Of a stretch of 64,000 bases of DNA, positions 1 through 9,784 are shown piece after piece. The notes under the pieces were generated by a model. It was not told the DNA's origin. It made no database searches and saw only the letters and a list, made by a program, of their open reading frames with translations. Source of the DNA: Candidatus Aminicenantales bacterium (lineage in GTDB: Bacteria; Acidobacteriota; Aminicenantia; Aminicenantales; UBA4085); NCBI GenBank assembly GCA_049515535.1, contig JBEKTZ010000011.1:62001-126000 (forward strand), read 5' to 3'. The position numbers were made by a program, and so were the translations under genes. Every line of letters starts with the position of its first letter. Position 1 is the first letter of the stretch.

Positions 1-651
1 CAAGCGCTCAGGGCCGTCAAAGCCGTCGGGACGCCTTCGGACATTCCCGGTTTGCTGGATCTTCTATTGAAGACCAAGGACGAAGCGGACCGGCTCGCCG
101 TCGAAAACGCGATCACCGGCCTCGCCCAAAAAATCGCCAATCCCGACGGCCGGGCGGGCGCGGTCCAGGCCAAGCTGGAGGGAGAGAAAGACGCCCGAAA
201 GCGCTGCCTACTTTACGGAGTCCTGGGCAAGATCGGCGACGGCAGTTCCCTGGCCCTTCTTCGCGAGGCCCTGCAGGACCCCGACAAAGAGGTCGCCGAT
301 GCCGCGGTCCGCGCGCTCACGATCTGGCCGACATCGGCGGCCCGGGATGACGTCTTTGAAATCGCCCTGAGGTCGGCCGACGAGGTCCACCGGGTCCTGG
401 CTTTACGGGCCTTTGTCCGCCTGACCGGACTCGAGAAATACCGCGCTCCTCAAGCGGCCGTCGAAGACCTCCGGAAAGCGCTCGAAATCGCGTCGCGTCC
501 CGAAGAGAAAAAATTGATCCTCAGCAGCCTGCCCGATTTCTCCTGCCCGGACGCGATCAAGCTCGCCGCGACCCTGGTCAACGACAAGGACGTCAAAGCC
601 GAGGCCCGCGTCGCCTTGGACAAGATCAAGGAAAAACTCGTTAAAGATTGA
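1..651 (+). CDS. HEAT-repeat protein, C-terminal part (5' end outside window)
   Basis: Frame open from the window edge; repeated helical HEAT motifs (LGKIGDGSSLALLREALQDPDKEVADAAVRAL); resembles the HEAT part of 41543-44434. Confidence 0.8.
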   Translation, partial: QALRAVKAVGTPSDIPGLLDLLLKTKDEADRLAVENAITGLAQKIANPDGRAGAVQAKLEGEKDARKRCLLYGVLGKIGDGSSLALLREALQDPDKEVADAAVRALTIWPTSAARDDVFEIALRSADEVHRVLALRAFVRLTGLEKYRAPQAAVEDLRKALEIASRPEEKKLILSSLPDFSCPDAIKLAATLVNDKDVKAEARVALDKIKEKLVKD

Positions 652-695
652 GAAATGGCGGATAATAGGCGGCTCATGGACAAGGAGGTGCGGTC

Positions 696-1868
696 ATGAT
701 CGAAGGGCAGGAAACCCTCACCGCGACCGCCCGCCTGAAATACGGCATGATCGGCGGCGGAAAAGGCGCCTTCATCGGCGACGTCCACCGCAAAGCCATC
801 GCCATGGACGGCAAGGCCGAACTCGTCGCCGGATGCTTCTCGCAATCCTACCAAAACACCCTCGAAACCGGCAAGAGCTGGGGTCTGGACAAGAAGAGGC
901 TGTATAAAACCTTCGCGGACATGATCAGAACCGAGGCCGGAGACAAGGACCGGCCCGATTTTATCCTCATCGTCACGCCGAACCAGACTCATTTCCCCAT
1001 CGCCAAGCTCGCCCTCGAGAACGGATTCCACGTCGTCTGCGACAAGCCGCTGACGACGAGCAGCCGCGACGCCGAAGAGTTGGAAAAGCTGGCCGCGGAA
1101 AAAGGCCTCCTTTTTTGCGTCACCTACGCCTATCGCGGATATCCTATCGTCCACCATATGCGCGAAATGATCGCCAACGGCGAACTGGGCGACATCCGCT
1201 TCGTCGCGGCCGAATATCCCCAGGATTGGCTGGCCACGCCGCTCGAAAAGACCGGCCAGAAACAAGCCGCCTGGAGGACCGATCCGAAGCGGGCGGGCCT
1301 ATCCAACTGCGTCGGCGACATCGGCAGCCATATCGAAAATATGGTCTCGTACCTGACCGGGCTCGAGATGGAATCGCTGTGCGCCCGTCTCGACATCTTC
1401 GGCAAGGGGCGCACGCTCGACGACAACGCCTCGATCATGGTCAATTTCAAAGGCGGGGCGAAAGGACTGTTCTGGAGCTCGCAGATCGCGGTCGGCTACG
1501 ACAACGGCTTCCGCGTCCGGATTTTCGGGACCAAGGCCTCGCTCGAATGGGCCCAGGAAGAGTGCAATTACTGCCGGGTCGGCGCCATCGGCCGGCCGAC
1601 GGCCCGCTTGTCGCGCGGCCGGGACCCGTTTTATCCCCGCGCCCAGGCCTTGTCGCGTCTCCCATCCGGACATCCCGAAGGCTATTTCGAAGCGTTCGCC
1701 AACATCTATTCCCGTTTCCTCACGGCGCTGGGCAAGAAATCGGCGGGCCGGAAACCGACGAAGGATGATCTGGATTTTCCCGACATCCGAGACGGCATCC
1801 GCGGCGTGCGATTCATCGAAACGTGCGTCGCGAGCTCGAAAAAGGGCGCCGTCTGGGCCCCCTTCTAA
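696..1868 (+). CDS. Gfo/Idh/MocA family oxidoreductase
   Basis: GMIGGG Rossmann motif, TPNQTH, CDKP motif, GDIGSH; AAGGAGG SD upstream. Confidence 0.92.
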   Translation: MIEGQETLTATARLKYGMIGGGKGAFIGDVHRKAIAMDGKAELVAGCFSQSYQNTLETGKSWGLDKKRLYKTFADMIRTEAGDKDRPDFILIVTPNQTHFPIAKLALENGFHVVCDKPLTTSSRDAEELEKLAAEKGLLFCVTYAYRGYPIVHHMREMIANGELGDIRFVAAEYPQDWLATPLEKTGQKQAAWRTDPKRAGLSNCVGDIGSHIENMVSYLTGLEMESLCARLDIFGKGRTLDDNASIMVNFKGGAKGLFWSSQIAVGYDNGFRVRIFGTKASLEWAQEECNYCRVGAIGRPTARLSRGRDPFYPRAQALSRLPSGHPEGYFEAFANIYSRFLTALGKKSAGRKPTKDDLDFPDIRDGIRGVRFIETCVASSKKGAVWAPF

Positions 1869-1880
1869 GGAGCGATCGAT

Positions 1881-2870
1881 ATGAGCAAACCCGTCACGCT
1901 TTTCACCGGCCAATGGGCGGATCTCCCGTTCGAGGACATCTGCAAAAAAGCGGGCGGCTGGGGATACGATGGGCTGGAGATCGCCTGCTGGGGCGATCAT
2001 ATGGACGTCCGCAAAGCCGCGGCCGAGCCCGCCTATGTCGCCAAGAAAAAGCAGATCCTGAAGAAATACGGGCTCCGCTGTTGGGCGCTCGGCGCGCATC
2101 TCGCCGGACAGTGCGTCGGCGACGCGCACGATGAGCGCCTCGACGGATTCGCCCCGGCCGAAGTCAAGGGAAAGCCGGACGACCTCCGGGCCTGGGCCAT
2201 CGAAGAAATGAAGATGACGGCGCGGGCGGCCAAGGCCATGGGGTGCGGCGTCGTCAACGGGTTCATGGGCTCGCCCATCTGGAGGTACATCTATTCCTTT
2301 CCGGCAACCACGGAGCAAATGATCGAGGACGGGTTCAACAAAATCAAAAAGCTCTGGACGCCGATCCTGGACGAATTCGACAAATGCGGAGTGAAATTCG
2401 CCCTCGAAGTCCATCCGACCGAGATCGCCTTCGACTTTTACACCGCCCGGCGGCTCCTCGAGAAATTCAAACGGCGGCCAGCGCTCGGCTTCAACTTCGA
2501 CCCGAGCCACCTCGTCTGGCAGGGGGTCGAGCCGCCCCTCTTCATCCGCGAATTCGCCGACCGCATCTACCACGTCCACATGAAGGACGCGGCCGTGACG
2601 CTCGACGGCAAGGCCGGGATCCTCGGCTCGCACCTCCCCTTCGGCGATCCGCGGCGGGGCTGGAATTTCCGCTCGCCCGGACACGGCGACGTCGATTTTG
2701 AGGAGATCATCCGGGAGTTGAACGGCATCGGCTACGCGGGGCCTCTCTCCGTCGAATGGGAGGACAACGGCATGGACCGCGAGTTCGGGGCGCAAGAAGC
2801 GCTCGAGTTCGTCCGCTCGATCAATTTTTCCCCGTCCGCCGTCGCCTTCGATAAGGATATGAAAAAATAA
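1881..2870 (+). CDS. Sugar phosphate isomerase/epimerase (xylose-isomerase-like TIM barrel, AP_endonuc_2)
   Basis: GYDGLEI, FALEVHP, FDPSH, HVHMKD and LSVEWED metal-ligand motifs. Confidence 0.9.
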   Translation: MSKPVTLFTGQWADLPFEDICKKAGGWGYDGLEIACWGDHMDVRKAAAEPAYVAKKKQILKKYGLRCWALGAHLAGQCVGDAHDERLDGFAPAEVKGKPDDLRAWAIEEMKMTARAAKAMGCGVVNGFMGSPIWRYIYSFPATTEQMIEDGFNKIKKLWTPILDEFDKCGVKFALEVHPTEIAFDFYTARRLLEKFKRRPALGFNFDPSHLVWQGVEPPLFIREFADRIYHVHMKDAAVTLDGKAGILGSHLPFGDPRRGWNFRSPGHGDVDFEEIIRELNGIGYAGPLSVEWEDNGMDREFGAQEALEFVRSINFSPSAVAFDKDMKK

Positions 2871-2883
2871 GATGAAGGGGAAC

Positions 2884-4266
2884 ATGAAAAAGAAAAATAG
2901 CGGCGACAAAATCCCCTGGACCCGCCGGGATTTCATCAAGTCTTCGGCGACGGCCGGACTGGGCCTGGCCATCGCCCGGGGAGCCCTGGCTCAAACGCCG
3001 CAGAATCCCGCGCCAGGCGCTTCGCCCCCCGTCAAAAAGACCGCCGACGAGCTGCGCATCGTCCTCATCGGCGCCGGCGAGCAGGGCCGCGTTCTCCTCG
3101 AATCCTGTCTGCGCATCCCCGGCGTCAGAATCGTGGCCGTCTGCGACATCTGGCCGTACAGCCTGCAATATGCCACCGGCTATGTTCGCAAATACGGACA
3201 CAACCCCGCGGCTTACGAAGATTACCGGGACATGCTGGGCAAGGAAAAAGGCGTGAACGCGGCGCTCGTCGCCACTCCCGACTGGATGCATGCCGAGCAC
3301 GCCAACGCCTGCCTGGAAGCCGGCCTGCCCGTCTATTGCGAAAAGGAAATGTCCAACTCGCTCGAGAAAGCGCGGACCATGGTCGAAACGGCGCGGCGCA
3401 CCGGGAAGCTCCTCCAGATCGGCCACCAGCGCCGCAGCAATCCCCGCTATATCCACGCCATCGACAAGCTCATGAAAGAAAAAAGACTCCTCGGCCGGGT
3501 GAACCTGGCCTACGCCCAGTGGAACCGCTCCAAGGCCGATATGCTCGGCTGGCCGAAAAATTACCCGATCCCGCAGGACAAGCTCCAAAAATACGGCTAC
3601 GACTCCATGGTCGATTTCCGGAACTGGCGCTGGTTCAAGAAATTCGGCGGCGGCCCCATTGTCGACCTCGGCTCGCACCAGATCGACCTCTTCAGCTGGG
3701 TGTTCGGCGCGGACCCGAGCACGGTCGTCGCGAGCGGCGGCATCGATTACTACAAGAACCGGGAATGGTACGACAACGTCATGGCCATCTATGAATTCGA
3801 GACCCCGGAAGGGACGGCGCGAGCATTCTATCAAGTGCAGACAACGACCAAGCAGGGCGGTTTTTACGAAGTCTTCATGGGCGACGACGGGGCGCTCCAA
3901 ATCTCGGAAGTGCCGCAGCGCGGCAACTGGGCCATGCGCGAAGCCCACGCGCCCGAATGGGACTCCTTGGTCAAAGAGGGGCTCCTCCTGTCCGAGGCCC
4001 CAGTCATCCAGAAAATCGACACGCGGAACGTTTTCGTGGACGTCCGCGTCACGGCCGAAGCCGGCCGCTGGCCGATCCCCGTCGATCTGGCCAAGCCGGC
4101 CCACCAGCCGCACCTCGAGAATTTTTTCAATGCCGTCCGGCTCGGCACGCCCCTGAACTGCCCGGCCGAGGCGGCCTATAAAAGCGCGGTTGCGGTCCTG
4201 AAAGTCAACGAAGCGGTCGGCTCGCGCGGTCTCCTCCGATTCCGGCCGGAGCAATTCAAGGCATGA
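2884..4266 (+). CDS. Tat-exported Gfo/Idh/MocA oxidoreductase
   Basis: TRRDFIK twin-arginine signal; IGAGEQG, ATPDWMH, YCEKEM, DLGSHQID; alternative start at 2872. Confidence 0.88.
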   Translation: MKKKNSGDKIPWTRRDFIKSSATAGLGLAIARGALAQTPQNPAPGASPPVKKTADELRIVLIGAGEQGRVLLESCLRIPGVRIVAVCDIWPYSLQYATGYVRKYGHNPAAYEDYRDMLGKEKGVNAALVATPDWMHAEHANACLEAGLPVYCEKEMSNSLEKARTMVETARRTGKLLQIGHQRRSNPRYIHAIDKLMKEKRLLGRVNLAYAQWNRSKADMLGWPKNYPIPQDKLQKYGYDSMVDFRNWRWFKKFGGGPIVDLGSHQIDLFSWVFGADPSTVVASGGIDYYKNREWYDNVMAIYEFETPEGTARAFYQVQTTTKQGGFYEVFMGDDGALQISEVPQRGNWAMREAHAPEWDSLVKEGLLLSEAPVIQKIDTRNVFVDVRVTAEAGRWPIPVDLAKPAHQPHLENFFNAVRLGTPLNCPAEAAYKSAVAVLKVNEAVGSRGLLRFRPEQFKA

Positions 4267-6557
4267 AGAGAGGGGTCCTCACGGTCGCCGCGATATGCCT
4301 ATTGGCGCCCTGGTCATGGGCTTCGGCGACGAAACCTCAAAAGTGGAACGGAAGCCAAACGAGCCCCGTCCATCAAATCCCGCTCAAGGACGAATTCGAT
4401 CAGCCCATCATCCCGACCGAGAAAAATCCCCTGCCTTTCTCCTCTAAATATACCTGCGCTCCTTGTCACGATTACTCCCTCATCCGCAAGGGCCGGCACT
4501 TCGACGCGACGGCGGCGCCGGGCGCCGGGCGGCCGGGAGAGCCGTGGATCTGGGTGGATGAACGGACCGGCACGCTGCTGCCTCTCTCATACCATTCCTG
4601 GAAAGGCTCGCGGAATCCGAAAGATTTTGGGCTTTCCCCTTGGGATTTCACCCTTCTCTTCGGCCGGCATATGAACGGCGGCGGAATTTCGGAGCCCGAC
4701 GGGCCGGCCGCGACATCCGAATCGCGGTGGAACGTTTCCGGCAAAATCGAGATCAATTGCCTGGGCTGCCACAACGCGTCCCGGGTCCAGAATCACAGCG
4801 AATGGGCCAAGCAGATCCTCCGTCAGAATTTCCGCTGGGCCGCGACCGCGGCGGCCGGATTGGGCGAGGTCGGCGGCATGGCTTCGCGCCTCGGGCCGAC
4901 CTGGGACGTCTTCGACGGGCCCAACCCGGATGATTCGGAATGGGCCGTGGCGCCGTCCGTGAAATACAACAAGAACCTCTTCGATACCAAACACCGCGCA
5001 TTCCTCGATCTCGCCTACAAGCCCGACGACGGCCGCTGCCTCGCCTGTCACGCGACGGCGCCGGCGGGCGTCAAGAAGTTCAATTTCGACGAAGACGTCC
5101 ATACGGCGGCGGGAATCGCCTGCGTGAGCTGCCACCGCCACGACGTCAGCCACGACATGATCCGCGGCTACGAAGGCGAAGCCGCCGACAATCCGGCGCT
5201 CGCGGCCGAGGATTTCACGTGCCGGGCCTGTCACCTCGGCGGCGCGTCGAGCCGGAGCGAAAAGATCCTTCCCGGACGGATGGGCGCGCCATATCCCAAG
5301 CACAACGGCCTTCCCGCCGTCCACTTCGAGCGGCTGGCCTGCACGGTCTGTCATTCCGGGCCGCTTCCGGCGAATGAGCCGACCCCCGTCCGAACGGCGC
5401 GGGCCAACCGGCTGGGCATATTCGGCATCGCGAATTGGACCACCGAATTGCCGGTCATCCAGGAACCGATTTATATCCGGGATAAAAACGGCAAGCTGAC
5501 CCCGCACCGGCTGATGTGGCCGGCCTTCTGGGCCGAAGTGAGAGGGAAAGAGATCACGCCGCTCAAACCCGACCAGGTCCTGGCCGCGGCGGGCGATCTT
5601 TTGTTCCCGGAAAAATCCGCGACGCGCATTCTCACGGCGCTCTTCGATGTCGTCGGGCCGGGAGGGACGCCGGCGCTCGTCATGAGCGGAAAAGCGTTCG
5701 AAATGAACGTGGACGGCGGGCTGGACGCTTCGCCCTTCAAAGAAGGAAAGAAAGGCGGGGAATATTATTGGGCGGTCAAAAAAGACGGAAAATATTCGCC
5801 GCTCATTCCCGATTTCAATCCGGCCAACCAGGAAGCCGCCGCCGAGCCGGAGGCCCGGATCCAGAAAGCCCTGGAAGCCCTTGCCGCCGAACCCGCCCTT
5901 TGGAAACCCGTTCTGGCCTATAAAGGCTTTCTTTACCAGCTCATCGACAACAATCTCGACAAATCGGAAAGCAAACGCCCGGCCGCTCCGTCGCCGCAAT
6001 TCTTCCGGCTCAAAGACGGGAAAACCCAACCGGTCATCCCCGACGAAGAGAAGCGGATGATCACCGCGCTGGCCGGCACGGATCAGACGCTGACCGAGGA
6101 GCAGGTCGCGCTCGTTCTCAAGGCCCTGGGCGAAAAAGAGCATGCGTACATCTCCGGCGGAAAGCTCTTCCGGCTGGACGATAAAGGGAAGCTCGAAGCC
6201 AGAGACGATGACGCGGCCGCCCCCGTCGCCTGGCCCTTGGCCCACCAGGTTCGGCCGGCGCGCCAGGCCCTCGGCGTCAACGGCTGCACGGATTGCCACA
6301 GCTCGGGATCGGATTTCTTTTTCGGCAAGGTCAAAGGCACGGGGCCGCTTAGAACTGAAAACGTCGCTGTCCGCCGGGCATCATCCTTCATGGGCGTGGG
6401 AGGCTTGTACCATCGTCTTTTCGGATTGTCGTTCACGGTCCGGCCGGCTTTCAAGGTCGTTCTTTTCATTTGCGCCTTCGTCATCGGAGCGCTCCTGCTC
6501 ATCGTTTTTCTGATCGCCTTGGGGCGATTTGCCGGGCTGATCGAGAAGAGGAAATAG
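4263..6557 (+). CDS. Membrane-anchored multiheme (7 CxxCH) c-type cytochrome
   Basis: Signal peptide; CAPCH, CLGCH, CLACH, CVSCH, CRACH, CTVCH, CTDCH; C-terminal TM helix; ATGA overlap with the upstream gene. Confidence 0.88.
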   Translation: MKRGVLTVAAICLLAPWSWASATKPQKWNGSQTSPVHQIPLKDEFDQPIIPTEKNPLPFSSKYTCAPCHDYSLIRKGRHFDATAAPGAGRPGEPWIWVDERTGTLLPLSYHSWKGSRNPKDFGLSPWDFTLLFGRHMNGGGISEPDGPAATSESRWNVSGKIEINCLGCHNASRVQNHSEWAKQILRQNFRWAATAAAGLGEVGGMASRLGPTWDVFDGPNPDDSEWAVAPSVKYNKNLFDTKHRAFLDLAYKPDDGRCLACHATAPAGVKKFNFDEDVHTAAGIACVSCHRHDVSHDMIRGYEGEAADNPALAAEDFTCRACHLGGASSRSEKILPGRMGAPYPKHNGLPAVHFERLACTVCHSGPLPANEPTPVRTARANRLGIFGIANWTTELPVIQEPIYIRDKNGKLTPHRLMWPAFWAEVRGKEITPLKPDQVLAAAGDLLFPEKSATRILTALFDVVGPGGTPALVMSGKAFEMNVDGGLDASPFKEGKKGGEYYWAVKKDGKYSPLIPDFNPANQEAAAEPEARIQKALEALAAEPALWKPVLAYKGFLYQLIDNNLDKSESKRPAAPSPQFFRLKDGKTQPVIPDEEKRMITALAGTDQTLTEEQVALVLKALGEKEHAYISGGKLFRLDDKGKLEARDDDAAAPVAWPLAHQVRPARQALGVNGCTDCHSSGSDFFFGKVKGTGPLRTENVAVRRASSFMGVGGLYHRLFGLSFTVRPAFKVVLFICAFVIGALLLIVFLIALGRFAGLIEKRK

Positions 6558-6563
6558 CGGGCC

Positions 6564-7250
6564 ATGCTATTGTTCATCCTCATCACCGTGTTGTCCGTGA
6601 CGGCCGTTCTCATTCGGCTGACCTTCCTCCGCTTCAAACAGACCGTATCGGCCGGAGAGAAAACCCCGGCCCCGTTTTCCGCAGTGGCCTTTGGAAAATG
6701 GCTGGCCGGCCGGATGACGACGGCATTCTCGAAAGAAGCGCTCGATAAAGGCCGGGATATTTATCGGGCCTGGACAAAGGATCATTACCCCGGCCCGCTG
6801 AAGTGGATTTTCATCGGCTTCGGGGCCAGCCTGACATATCTTGTCGCGAGCGGCTTTTTCTTCGCCCTTTTCATCGGGCGGGGGATGTTCGGCTTGCCGC
6901 TCCTCGGCCACGTCATGTTCGGAGGATTGTTCGCGGCGAGCCTCGCCCTGCTGTTGATCTGGCGCGGCCGGGCCTACCGGCCGGACAAGGATGAGGCGAC
7001 CGTTTTCGAATCGTTCGTTTGCCCGGTCTTCAAGAATCTCAGCGGGACGCGCCTGCGCAATATTCTGTTCTGGACGTTCGCCGCTTTCGGGCTTGTCCAG
7101 GTAGCGACCGCCCTGGGGTCGATGCTTCCGGTTTTCACGTTCGAAACGCAGCAGGCGCTCGTCACCGTCCACCGCTACAGCGCCTTGGCCCTTCTTCTGA
7201 CCGCGATCGTATTCATCGACCTCGCCGTCATTCCCCGCCGCCGGCCATGA
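6564..7250 (+). CDS. Polytopic membrane protein, possibly cytochrome b-like partner
   Basis: About 5 hydrophobic segments; His in or next to TM segments (LLGHVMFGG, VTVHRYS); follows the cytochrome. Confidence 0.55.
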   Translation: MLLFILITVLSVTAVLIRLTFLRFKQTVSAGEKTPAPFSAVAFGKWLAGRMTTAFSKEALDKGRDIYRAWTKDHYPGPLKWIFIGFGASLTYLVASGFFFALFIGRGMFGLPLLGHVMFGGLFAASLALLLIWRGRAYRPDKDEATVFESFVCPVFKNLSGTRLRNILFWTFAAFGLVQVATALGSMLPVFTFETQQALVTVHRYSALALLLTAIVFIDLAVIPRRRP

Positions 7251-8128
7251 CCCAGGCGCCCGTTTCCCGCTTCTCTCACCAGGCGATGGGGACCTTTTTC
7301 GAAGTGAATATCGCCGGCGAAGAGAGCACCTACGCGGAACAGGCGGCCCGGGCCGCGTTCAAGGAGATCGACCGGCTGGAAAGCCTGTTCAGCCGCTTCG
7401 ACGCGACGAGCGAAATCAGCCGCCTCAACCGGCTCGGGCCGGGCGAATCGATCGCCGTCGGGCTCGAGACGTTCGAATGCCTGACCATTGCTGAACGGGT
7501 CCGCAAGGAGACCGGTGGCGCGTTCGACGTCAATGTCCGCGGCCGGAATCCGGCCTCCGAAGGCAAAGGCCCGGCTCCTGCTCCCGCCGCGTTTTGGCTT
7601 TCCAAGACGTCCTCGGGATTCGAGGCGGGCCGGGCCGAAACGTCGGGCGGCGGCTGCGCCCGCCTGGATCTCGACCTCGGCGGCATCGGCAAAGGATACG
7701 CTCTCGACAGGGCCATGGCGGTCCTCGCCGAGTGGAGCATCGGGAACGTCCTCGTTCACGGCGGCACGAGCACGGCCGTCGCCGTCGGATCCGCGCCCGG
7801 GGCTCCCGGCTGGCCGGTCGGAGTCGGCGGAGGCTGGCCCTGCCCGGACGCGCCGCGAGAGATGATGCTCTCGGGCCGGGCGCTGAGCGGTTCGGGCACG
7901 GATGTGAAAGGGCAACACATCCTCGATCCCCGAACCGGCGCTCCGGCCAAAGGCCATGTCGCGGCCTGGGCCCTTCATTCCGACGCGGCCGGCGCCGACG
8001 CGCTATCGACCGCGTTCATGGTCATGAAGACGGAGGACGTCGAAAAATATTGCTCGCGCCATCCCGAAGTCTGGGCCTTAGTCGTCATAGATTACGGCGA
8101 GTGCCGGATGTTCGGGAATCATCGCTAA
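7247..8128 (+). CDS. apbE: FAD:protein FMN transferase (ApbE family)
   Basis: AMGT, SEISRLN, TGGAFDV, LDLGGIGKGYALD, HILDPRTG, ADALSTA; ATG at 7247 overlaps the upstream TGA. Confidence 0.9.
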   Translation: MTQAPVSRFSHQAMGTFFEVNIAGEESTYAEQAARAAFKEIDRLESLFSRFDATSEISRLNRLGPGESIAVGLETFECLTIAERVRKETGGAFDVNVRGRNPASEGKGPAPAPAAFWLSKTSSGFEAGRAETSGGGCARLDLDLGGIGKGYALDRAMAVLAEWSIGNVLVHGGTSTAVAVGSAPGAPGWPVGVGGGWPCPDAPREMMLSGRALSGSGTDVKGQHILDPRTGAPAKGHVAAWALHSDAAGADALSTAFMVMKTEDVEKYCSRHPEVWALVVIDYGECRMFGNHR

Positions 8129-8150
8129 TTTCAATAATTCTCGTCCCTTG

Positions 8151-8211
8151 ACGCATTAACGAAATTCGATCGCATTGAATTCGGAGGTTGAGTTATCTGC
8201 CACCGAAATTT
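8151..8211. repeat. Hairpin repeat family H, copy A (left arm truncated)
   Basis: acgcattaacgaaattcgatc...gaattcggaggttgagttatctgccaccgaaattt matches the copies at 14073, 29169 and 61373. Confidence 0.8.
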
Positions 8212-8213
8212 AA

Positions 8214-8492
8214 TTAGCGATCTTTGAGAAAATCCTTGATCGAATCATGATCACCCGCCAGAATGAACTCGATAAGATCGTGCCTCCAACGGAATAATAT
8301 TCGATTATGAAGGCCATGCCGAATTTCCCAGAAGTCATCCCGGAGGCGTTTGAGACCAATCCCTGCGGGTAAATGGACTCGTGTCTCAATGAGGTCTAGA
8401 AAAGCAAAACAAGCGGCTTTAATATCGACTTTATGTCTAGGAAGGAGCGCCTTTATCGAGCGGTCAAATGACGGCTTGAATTCATATCTCAC
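8214..8492 (-). CDS. RelE/ParE-like toxin
   Basis: 92 aa; MRYEFKPSFDRSIKAL, GLKRLRDDFWEIR, RILF, C-terminal GDHD; coupled to an upstream antitoxin. Confidence 0.7.
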   Translation of the reverse strand: MRYEFKPSFDRSIKALLPRHKVDIKAACFAFLDLIETRVHLPAGIGLKRLRDDFWEIRHGLHNRILFRWRHDLIEFILAGDHDSIKDFLKDR

Positions 8493-8752
8493 AGGGACTT
8501 CAGGTGTTTGCGGGCTCCCTTCGCGGTCTTATAGTTCTTACCGCATTCGGCGACGAGGCGTTCGATTTTTCCCCACTCCTCTTGAGTGTAGGAATTTTTC
8601 TCTTTGATTTCACACGGCATGAAGAAGATGCCCTTAGCCGTGACCTTGAAGATCACCATGGAACCCTTTTTAAGATTTAAAATGCCCCGGATTGGGGCAG
8701 GGACAGTGATTTGTCCTTTGGACGTCATCCTGGCTATTTCTGTGATTTCCAT
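8489..8752 (-). CDS. AbrB/MazE/SpoVT family antitoxin
   Basis: MTSKGQITVPAPIRGILNLKKG AbrB motif; TTGACA-17-TATGGT promoter and AAGGAG SD upstream. Confidence 0.85.
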   Translation of the reverse strand: MEITEIARMTSKGQITVPAPIRGILNLKKGSMVIFKVTAKGIFFMPCEIKEKNSYTQEEWGKIERLVAECGKNYKTAKGARKHLKSL

Positions 8753-8941
8753 GGAAACTCCTTATATTCTTACTTTCTTACCATACCTCCACTTGAGCAA
8801 GTTGTCAATCATATATTAATGAACGGCTAGGATGAGACGGAATTCTCAGCGGATACAGATTTCTCTTCGGCGGGCTTGACTTTGCTTTCTTTCCAGGTCA
8901 TACTAGGGTGTGAATATTTCTTACCAATAAGGGGACGGGGG

Positions 8942-9313
8942 ATGGCCAAGACGGTCAAGTTCTCGATCAGCATGCCGGCGCCGGAGTTCAAGGCGCTCGA
9001 GGTCGCGCGCCGCAAGGCCGGGAGGACGAGAAGCCAGTTCATTCGAGAGACGATCCTCAAAGCGCACGACGGACAGACAGCTGGCGCGGAGGCCTTTTCG
9101 GTCGGAGAGGACCGCAGCGCCTATGGGTCGCTGCACCCCGCGGATATGACGGATATGGCCGAATTGAGGCAGAGGGCGATCGCCGCGGCCGGAAGGTTCG
9201 AGTCCGGAGTCCCCGACATTTCGATCGAGCATGATCGGTATTTGACAGATCCTGAAGCGGGAAGCAAGGGCGGATCGCCCGGGCGGGCCGGGAAAGACGG
9301 AGGGACGCGATGA
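8942..9313 (+). CDS. Ribbon-helix-helix (CopG-like) antitoxin
   Basis: KFSISMP...RTRSQFIRE RHH pattern; GRFESGVPDISIEHDRYL VapB-type tail; overlaps the PIN gene. Confidence 0.8.
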   Translation: MAKTVKFSISMPAPEFKALEVARRKAGRTRSQFIRETILKAHDGQTAGAEAFSVGEDRSAYGSLHPADMTDMAELRQRAIAAAGRFESGVPDISIEHDRYLTDPEAGSKGGSPGRAGKDGGTR

Positions 9314-9717
9314 ATGTTTTCGTCGATACGAGCGCCCTCCTGGCCGTCCTCGACCGGAGCGACGAGCGGCACGCCGCGGCCAAGCGGATTTGGGAAGAGA
9401 TGCTGAACGGGGCTCACACCCTCGTCTCCCACAATTACGTTCTGGTGGAGACCTCGGCCGTCTTGATGCGGCGTATCGGGTTGGAGGCCGCTCGCGTCTT
9501 CGAGCGGGATGTCCGGCCGGTCCTGCGTCTTGTCTGGGTGACGAGGGAGATCCACGAGGCCGCGGTGGGGGTTCAACTGACGGCGGGCCGCCGCGCCCTG
9601 AGCCTCGTCGACTGCGTAAGCTTCGAGGTCATGCGGAGGACGGGCCTCCGGTCGGCCTTCGCCTTTGACCCTCATTTCCGCGAATTCGGATATGAATTGA
9701 AGGAAATCCCTGGCTAG
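9310..9717 (+). CDS. vapC: PIN-domain VapC toxin
   Basis: VFVDTSA, YVLVE, SLVDCVSF, AFAFDPHF acidic PIN residues. Confidence 0.9.
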   Translation: MNVFVDTSALLAVLDRSDERHAAAKRIWEEMLNGAHTLVSHNYVLVETSAVLMRRIGLEAARVFERDVRPVLRLVWVTREIHEAAVGVQLTAGRRALSLVDCVSFEVMRRTGLRSAFAFDPHFREFGYELKEIPG

Positions 9718-9784
9718 GGGGCTGAAAAAAAATCCTTGACATTCCGCGACCCAGCCAATACTTTATTAATTAGGGAGGGGCAAA

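Noticed and set aside
1299..6299. Long antisense ORFs (557, 477, 570 aa) and similar ones at 26700-28259, 36145-37725, 39634-41031, 44461-45906
   Set aside because: Shadow frames opposite well-supported GC-rich genes; no recognisable motifs.
7019..7246. Upstream extension of the ApbE ORF
   Set aside because: It overlaps the preceding membrane gene; the ATGA-coupled start at 7247 fits the family.
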